Source: Desulfatibacillaceae bacterium (GTDB lineage Bacteria; Desulfobacterota; Desulfobacteria; Desulfobacterales; Desulfatibacillaceae). From it: DNA of 31,468 bases. The translations under genes were made by a program, and so were the position numbers. Shown one piece after another: positions 26,422 through 31,468 of the stretch. The first letter of the stretch is position 1. Each line of letters opens with the position of its first letter. Where the stretch lies: contig JASEHB010000001.1 in NCBI GenBank assembly GCA_030018745.1, positions 1-31,468 on the forward strand, given 5' to 3'. The notes under the pieces are model-generated. The model was not told the DNA's origin, did not search any database, and saw only the letters and a program-made list of their open reading frames with translations.

Positions 26422-26787
26422 ATGGCCAAAACCAGGCGAAAAAATCTCTCCAGACAAAAAGAGGCTCTGGCTTTTGAATCCTTTTCCGGTGAAGACCAGG
26501 ACAGGCGCAGGGAAAAGAATCTTGCCCGCGATCTGCGCCGGACCCGCTGGTGGAAGGAGAAGCTTGCCCAGGGAATCTGCCATTACTGCAAGGGCAGCTT
26601 TGCCCCGGAAGAGCTGACCATGGATCATGTGGTGCCCCTTGCCCAGGGCGGCAAGAGCGTGAAGCAGAACCTTGTGTGCGCCTGCAAGAACTGCAACACC
26701 GAAAAAAGCTATCAGTATTCAATGGATTTTGAAATCGCCCGCCAGGAAGATCAAGGGCCGGACCCTGACCAGGAGGAAAACTCCTGA
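26422..26787 (+). CDS. Small stand-alone HNH endonuclease
   Basis: 121 aa, AGGA upstream. CHYC..MDHVVPLAQGG..NLVCACKNCNTEK. Confidence 0.9.
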   Translation: MAKTRRKNLSRQKEALAFESFSGEDQDRRREKNLARDLRRTRWWKEKLAQGICHYCKGSFAPEELTMDHVVPLAQGGKSVKQNLVCACKNCNTEKSYQYSMDFEIARQEDQGPDPDQEENS

Positions 26788-26861
26788 TTCAAGGGCCCGG
26801 CCCCTTAAGTTGTTAGCAACAACGGCATTCAGAAAGATTTTGCCTTTATTGCCGCTGTTTT

Positions 26862-27395
26862 TCAGTCATCCAGATCCGGAGCTGAATAGGGTCCGCCGGG
26901 CCTCATGCCCGGCCTGCCGCCGGGTCCCATCATGCCAGGCTCCAAGCCGGATCCGCCGGGGCCTCTCCGCATGGTGCCGTCCTTCCAGCCTCTCCGGTAA
27001 TTGCGGAAACCTTCATTGACCTGGGAAAACCTTTCGGTGCCGATGGTCTGCCGAACATGCATCAAGAAATCAAAGCGCTCCTGGGCAAGGGCATCCTGTG
27101 CCTTGCTCACCTTATTGTGCTGAGCCGCGATTGCGGCTTTGGATGCATTGGCATCCTTTAGAAGTGTATCCAGCTCCGCCCGCTCGGCGTTAAGCTTGTC
27201 TTGCAGCTCCTGGCGGATCAAAAGGCTTTTTTGCTGGGCCTCATCCAGGGCCGTTTTTTCCTGCTCGGTAAGCTCCACCTGGGGGGCAAAGCGGTCGCAG
27301 TGCCACCACCAGCCCCTTTCCCACTGCTGGGCCAGGGCAAAGGCAGGAATTGCAAGAACTGCGATTACAAGAATTGGAAGCAATTTCTTAAACAT
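26862..27395 (-). CDS. Periplasmic Spy/CpxP/ZraP-like protein
   Basis: SD AGGAG, ATG 27395; 177 aa. Signal peptide, LTEQEK motif, long helices, Gly/Met/Pro-rich tail (GMMGPGGRPGM). Confidence 0.78.
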   Translation of the reverse strand: MFKKLLPILVIAVLAIPAFALAQQWERGWWWHCDRFAPQVELTEQEKTALDEAQQKSLLIRQELQDKLNAERAELDTLLKDANASKAAIAAQHNKVSKAQDALAQERFDFLMHVRQTIGTERFSQVNEGFRNYRRGWKDGTMRRGPGGSGLEPGMMGPGGRPGMRPGGPYSAPDLDD

Positions 27396-27990
27396 GGCTT
27401 GTCTCCTTTTGTAAAATGCGCCCCTGTAACAAAGGGTCATCCCCTGCAAGGGGCGCAATAAAGTCCAAAAAATCCTCAAAAAAGCTGTCTTCCTGGTCTG
27501 TTTCTGCGTTATTGAGCAGGTTCATCTCTCCGGCAAGGATAAGATAATCCAGGCCCAGAATGCCTGTCTGACTTGCAGAATAGCCTTCAACAACATCTTC
27601 GCCTGTTGGCAGCCCCGCAAGCTCCGGCCCCTTAAGCCCGCTGAAAGCTGGCGGGCCGCTGGTTTTAAGCAGCCCCATGCCCACAGCAAGGCCAAACACC
27701 AGAACAAGGCTTGCTGCAAAGGCCAACACGGGTTTAAAGCCCAAAGTCCAAAGAGGCCTGTTTGGGGTTGCAGCAACCGGAAGGCGCACCGGGCCGGGCA
27801 TGGGGGGCGTGTGCCGCAAGGCAGCCCTGTGCAGGGCGGCCAGATCTGATTCCAGGGCTTTTGCAGCCTGCACGCATTCCGGGCAGCCTGCCGGTTGACC
27901 GTTGGAATTGACCGCAGGGTCCATCACCTTTTCAAAAAGCTGCTGGCAGGCCTTCTGGCTGCAATTTGTAAGGGACTCCTGCTTTTTCAT
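27388..27990 (-). CDS. Putative membrane-spanning anti-sigma factor
   Basis: 200 aa. N-terminal Cys residues (C10, C15, C36xxC39), one TM helix (VLAFAASLVLVFGLAVGMGLL), translationally coupled to the ECF gene. Confidence 0.72.
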   Translation of the reverse strand: MKKQESLTNCSQKACQQLFEKVMDPAVNSNGQPAGCPECVQAAKALESDLAALHRAALRHTPPMPGPVRLPVAATPNRPLWTLGFKPVLAFAASLVLVFGLAVGMGLLKTSGPPAFSGLKGPELAGLPTGEDVVEGYSASQTGILGLDYLILAGEMNLLNNAETDQEDSFFEDFLDFIAPLAGDDPLLQGRILQKETSHV

Positions 27991-28610
27991 GATACTTCCT
28001 CCTTGCGGATGTACTCTGAAAGCCTTCTGTCGCTTTCAAACTTGGCAACAGCCCGATAAAGCAGCGTTTTTACCGTGCTCTGGCTCTTGTTGAGCACCTG
28101 GGCTATTTCCGGAATTTTCAACTGGTCAAGAAACCGCAGAAAAAAGACTTCCTTTTCGCCGGTTGAGAGCTTTGCTGAAAAAGCATCCACATGCGACCAA
28201 AACTCCCTGCTCAAAAGCCCGTCAAGAGCAGTTTGTCCGCCCGCTTCTTCATCAGACCTGCCAACTTCAGGCAGAACATCATCCGGGCTGCCCAAGAAAA
28301 ACAAAAAGCGCTTTTTTCTTTTGAAATCCGTAACCCGGTTTCTTGCAATGGAAAAAAGCCAGGGTACAAACTTTTCTGCCTCTTGCAGTTTTGCCATATT
28401 TTTGTACGCCCGGATAAACACTTCCTGGGTAAGATCCTGGGCATCCTGAACATTTCTCACACGGGCATAAATCATGGCAAAAATGCGCTCCGAATAGATT
28501 TGGACAAGTCGCTCAAAAGCCGACCTGTCTCCGCGGCGGGCCTTTTCCACCAGCTCTGCATCCGGCCCGGCGTCAAAAGAGTTCCTTTTAAAAGAGGCCA
28601 TTGCCTCCAT
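27987..28610 (-). CDS. ECF-type sigma-70 factor
   Basis: 207 aa. Region 2 DAQDLTQEVF, WLFSIARN; region 4 LSTGEKEVFFLRF..EIAQVL..STVKTLLYRA. Confidence 0.93.
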   Translation of the reverse strand: MEAMASFKRNSFDAGPDAELVEKARRGDRSAFERLVQIYSERIFAMIYARVRNVQDAQDLTQEVFIRAYKNMAKLQEAEKFVPWLFSIARNRVTDFKRKKRFLFFLGSPDDVLPEVGRSDEEAGGQTALDGLLSREFWSHVDAFSAKLSTGEKEVFFLRFLDQLKIPEIAQVLNKSQSTVKTLLYRAVAKFESDRRLSEYIRKEEVS

Positions 28611-28728
28611 AATTCGCCCTTATCCGCCAAAATCCTTTATTGAACAGCATCCTGGCAAAAAGCTTTCCCCAAAAAGTCGGCGGCGCCATTCCCGGCAGGG
28701 GAAAATCTCTGCCGCTGTTGACCATAAA

Positions 28729-28756
28729 GACGCATCTGCCTCAAAAACAGTTTACA
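28729..28756 (-). promoter_or_regulatory. ECF-type promoter, probably autoregulatory
   Basis: Minus strand TGTAAAC-N17-CGTC, about 120 bp upstream of the sigma start; matches the general AAC / CGT ECF pattern. Confidence 0.6.
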
Positions 28757-28838
28757 AAAAGTTGATCTATAGAGCCTAAAGGAAAAATTCAGGGTAGGTG
28801 ACGGACGGGCAAATGCTGTTCTTGATTTTGAGCAGAAA

Positions 28839-29525
28839 TTAATAGGTTGAAAAGGGCAGGGCCAATTTGCCCAGCCAGGGCACGAACTGGGCCATGATGG
28901 CCTTTCTCACCCACTGGGCGTATTCCGTGGAGGCCGGGTCCATGCCCATGCGCCGGGCATGGGCTGCGGGTGCGCCCAGAAAGTTGACAAAGGCTGCAAT
29001 AAGGCAGGAGAAAAACATGTCAATCTCATCTTCTGGCGCGGAAAGAGGAACCTTTTTGCGGAAGGACGAGCCGATTCTTGCAAAAAGCTCCGGCACCAGC
29101 CGATAGCCGGGCAGGGCGTCAAGGCGGTCCACCTGGGCTATGTTCTGCATTATAATGCAGGTGCCGTGGGGATATTGCCTGTCATAAGCCAGAACCCTGT
29201 CCACCAGAAGGCCAAGCCCCTGGGAAGGCGAAAGGGTGTCCAGATCCTGAAGCCAGATGAGGTGGGCATCGCCGAATTCCAGCACAATGCGCTCCACCAC
29301 TGCGGTGAAAAGGGCTGCCTTTGTGGGAAAGTAGTAACGGATGAGAGGATGATCAAAGCCGCCCTGCTTGGCTATGGCCCTTAAGCTTGCTGCATGGTAG
29401 GGCTGCCTGGAGAAAACCTCCTTGGCTGCCTGGAGAATTTTTTCCCTTGCAAGCTCGCTCTTTTTCGGGTCAGCCCCGTTGACGGTTGCTTTCACCCTTT
29501 TGCTTGTTTCCTTGCTCGCTTCCAT
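28839..29525 (-). CDS. TetR/AcrR-family transcriptional regulator
   Basis: 228 aa. REKILQAAKEVF..ASLRAIAKQGG..LIRYYFPTKAALF. Confidence 0.92.
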   Translation of the reverse strand: MEASKETSKRVKATVNGADPKKSELAREKILQAAKEVFSRQPYHAASLRAIAKQGGFDHPLIRYYFPTKAALFTAVVERIVLEFGDAHLIWLQDLDTLSPSQGLGLLVDRVLAYDRQYPHGTCIIMQNIAQVDRLDALPGYRLVPELFARIGSSFRKKVPLSAPEDEIDMFFSCLIAAFVNFLGAPAAHARRMGMDPASTEYAQWVRKAIMAQFVPWLGKLALPFSTY

Positions 29526-29725
29526 ATACTAGTTATTACTCCAGGCTTGTAGCAATGTCAACTTGTTTTACCATTTGTAAAAAAATATTTCCGCTTTTTC
29601 CAGGTACTCTTCCCCTCGCCGGATAAGAGCCGGTTTTTATTTCCATAAAAGATTACGGCACGATTAGTCGCATTATTCTACGGGCGGATTGCTGAAATGG
29701 GCAGGCCGGTTTCGGGGATTTTTGG

Positions 29726-30895
29726 TCAGTATTGGCTGGCCTTGTCAAGGGGCAACCTGTTGCGGCGCTCAAAATGGGACAGGGAGGGATTGGCCAGGCT
29801 CAAAAGCAGAAGTGCGGGGAAGGCTCCGATGACCGCGCTGGTGTTGAGGCCACGGATAAGGCCCTCCGTGATGGGGCCGTGCACAGCTTTTAAGCCCAGA
29901 ATGCGCCCGCCCAGCCTGGGAAGGCGATAGGCCCTTTGGCAGATGAGCCTCAATAGGGCCATGTTGGCAAAAAGGGGCCGCAAACTTTTTTCGTAAAATA
30001 TCCGGGCAGTTTCCGGGCTTGCACCAAGTGCGGCCAAAGCTGCTGCATGGCCTGTGTACAAGGCCGCATAAATACCCTCTCCTGTCATGGGGTCTGCAAA
30101 TCCGCCTGCATCCCCGGCAAGCAGAAGGGGTGCCCGGCCCGGCAGGGAGTAGCCACCCCAGGGTATGGCTCCGCCGGTGATTTTGCCGGGGGCATCCTCT
30201 GCAAGCCTTTTTTTAAGATAATCTGCCAGGCCCAGGCGCATCTGCGCGCCAGAAATATCGGCAACGCTGTACACCCCGGCATTTGCCCTGCCGTCCCCAT
30301 AGGGGAAAACCCATCCGTAGCCTGAAGCAACCATGCCGCCGTCAAAAAGAATCCTGGGCCTTTCGCCTGGGGTTTCAAGCTCATCGGCCATGAGCGCCAG
30401 AGCCTGGCAGGAGACTGTTCCGCCAAAGGAGCGGCGCACACGGCTGGCAGCTCCATCTGCTGCAATGAGCCGGGGTGATTTCAACACCTTGCTGCAAAGG
30501 GTTTTCAGCGTGAAGATCCGCCCGTCCCAGGATGCCCCGCTTATTGCGCCAAAAACAAAGTTTATGCCCATATTTTGCGCCGCGTCCCGCAGGCTCTGGT
30601 CAAAGAGCGCACGGCGGGCAATGTGAAGGGCAGGTTTTTTAAGGGTAAAGCAGTTGTAGTGATGGGGCGGGGCATTTCCTTCCAGATAAAAGACGGGATG
30701 ACCCAGATGCGCATCAAATTTGAGCTTGCGGATAAGCTTCACAGCCCGTGGCGTAAGGCCCCCGCCGCAGGCCTTGCCGCCTGCCCTCTCTTTTTTTTCG
30801 ACCACGGCGACCCGCGCCCCGGCCCTGGCAAGGGTTATGGCCGCAGCCATCCCGGCAGGCCCGGCCCCGGCCACAAGGCAGTCTATGCGCTCCAT
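29726..30895 (-). CDS. Geranylgeranyl-reductase-family FAD-dependent oxidoreductase
   Basis: 389 aa. GAGPAG, KACGGGL, AADGAAS, GYGWVFP, AGDAGGFADPMTGEGIYAAL. Confidence 0.9.
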   Translation of the reverse strand: MERIDCLVAGAGPAGMAAAITLARAGARVAVVEKKERAGGKACGGGLTPRAVKLIRKLKFDAHLGHPVFYLEGNAPPHHYNCFTLKKPALHIARRALFDQSLRDAAQNMGINFVFGAISGASWDGRIFTLKTLCSKVLKSPRLIAADGAASRVRRSFGGTVSCQALALMADELETPGERPRILFDGGMVASGYGWVFPYGDGRANAGVYSVADISGAQMRLGLADYLKKRLAEDAPGKITGGAIPWGGYSLPGRAPLLLAGDAGGFADPMTGEGIYAALYTGHAAALAALGASPETARIFYEKSLRPLFANMALLRLICQRAYRLPRLGGRILGLKAVHGPITEGLIRGLNTSAVIGAFPALLLLSLANPSLSHFERRNRLPLDKASQY

Positions 30896-31468
30896 GCGCC
30901 CTCCTGCTCCTCTGCATCCCTGGCAGCCTTTTCTCCGGCTTTAACATCCACGCGGCTCAAAAGCAGGCCACCGGCAATAAAGAAAAAAACCAAAGCCACA
31001 ATGGAAAAGCGGGCCTGGCCTGTTGCCTGGGCCACAACTCCAAAAACAAGCGGCCCGAAAATGCCCGCCATTTTGGCGCTGGCAGAGAAAAACCCGAAAA
31101 ATTCAGCAGCCCTGTGGCGCGGCGTCATTACAGCAAATATGGAGCGCGAAAGGGCCTGGCATCCGCCCTGAACAGTTCCCACCGCAGCAGCCAGAAGAAA
31201 AAAATGCCAGGGAACGCGCATCCAATAGCCTAAAATGCAGATGATTGCATAAACCCCAAGGCCCGCCAGCACACAGGGCTTGGCCCCAAACACATTTGCA
31301 GCCCTGCCAAACAGCAGGGTGCAGACAATGCCCACAAACTGGGTTATGACCAAGGCTCCGGCCATGTGGCCCACACCAATTCCTATTTCGCTTCCATAGG
31401 CTGTGGCCATTTTTATTATGGTGCTTATGCCGTCATTGTAAAGCCAGAAGGCAAAAAGAAACAGCATA
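30883..31468 (-). CDS. MFS transporter, UMF1/Atg22-like family (5' end outside window)
   Basis: FWLYNDGISTII, GGCQALSRS, AEFFGFF..AKMAGIFGP, multiple TM helices. Overlaps the next gene by 13 bp. Confidence 0.88.
   Translation of the reverse strand, partial: MLFLFAFWLYNDGISTIIKMATAYGSEIGIGVGHMAGALVITQFVGIVCTLLFGRAANVFGAKPCVLAGLGVYAIICILGYWMRVPWHFFLLAAAVGTVQGGCQALSRSIFAVMTPRHRAAEFFGFFSASAKMAGIFGPLVFGVVAQATGQARFSIVALVFFFIAGGLLLSRVDVKAGEKAARDAEEQEGAWSA

Noticed and set aside
4481-27479. Longer N-termini given by the ORF track (hypA, hypB, cytochrome, regulator, kinase, methyltransferase, pyrD, folD, era, Spy-like)
   Set aside because: Downstream starts have clear SD sequences or match the expected family N-termini; the extensions are non-conserved-looking or overlap neighbours.
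1-31468. CRISPR arrays, IS elements, prophage or defence systems
   Set aside because: No regularly spaced repeats and no transposase, integrase or phage genes. The lone HNH gene has no defence-type partners.

Overview
A core-chromosome window. The gene content (CHASE4 hybrid kinase, NtrC-type activator, paralogous wHTH/4Fe-4S proteins, tandem Hsp20s, HypAB, long-form HisG) suggests an anaerobic deltaproteobacterium, probably Desulfobacterota; this is inference, not a database result. It holds about 33 credible CDSs and one tRNA-Glu(CUC). I found no CRISPR array, IS, integrase or prophage. The best candidate for an undescribed system is in the apparently empty 13250-14078 intergenic region. 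A near-consensus sigma54 promoter (13734-13749) with an adjacent exact IHF consensus and an upstream palindrome points into a ~180-nt segment with no credible ORF. That segment folds into a long rod and ends in a GC hairpin plus T9 terminator. It is divergent from a CHASE4 kinase / sigma54 enhancer-binding-protein operon, its most plausible activator. Other leads: (1) a TonB receptor followed by a secreted, possibly surface-anchored protein resembling BtuH-type cobalamin binders; (2) hypAB without hydrogenase genes, sandwiched between two paralogous Cys-rich FeS proteins; (3) a perfect 16-bp inverted repeat in the hsp20 leader; (4) an ECF / anti-sigma / Spy-like module with a visible ECF promoter; (5) an ATP-grasp and an HNH gene appended to the engB-era GTPase cluster. 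All product calls come from motifs recognised by eye; no searches were run.
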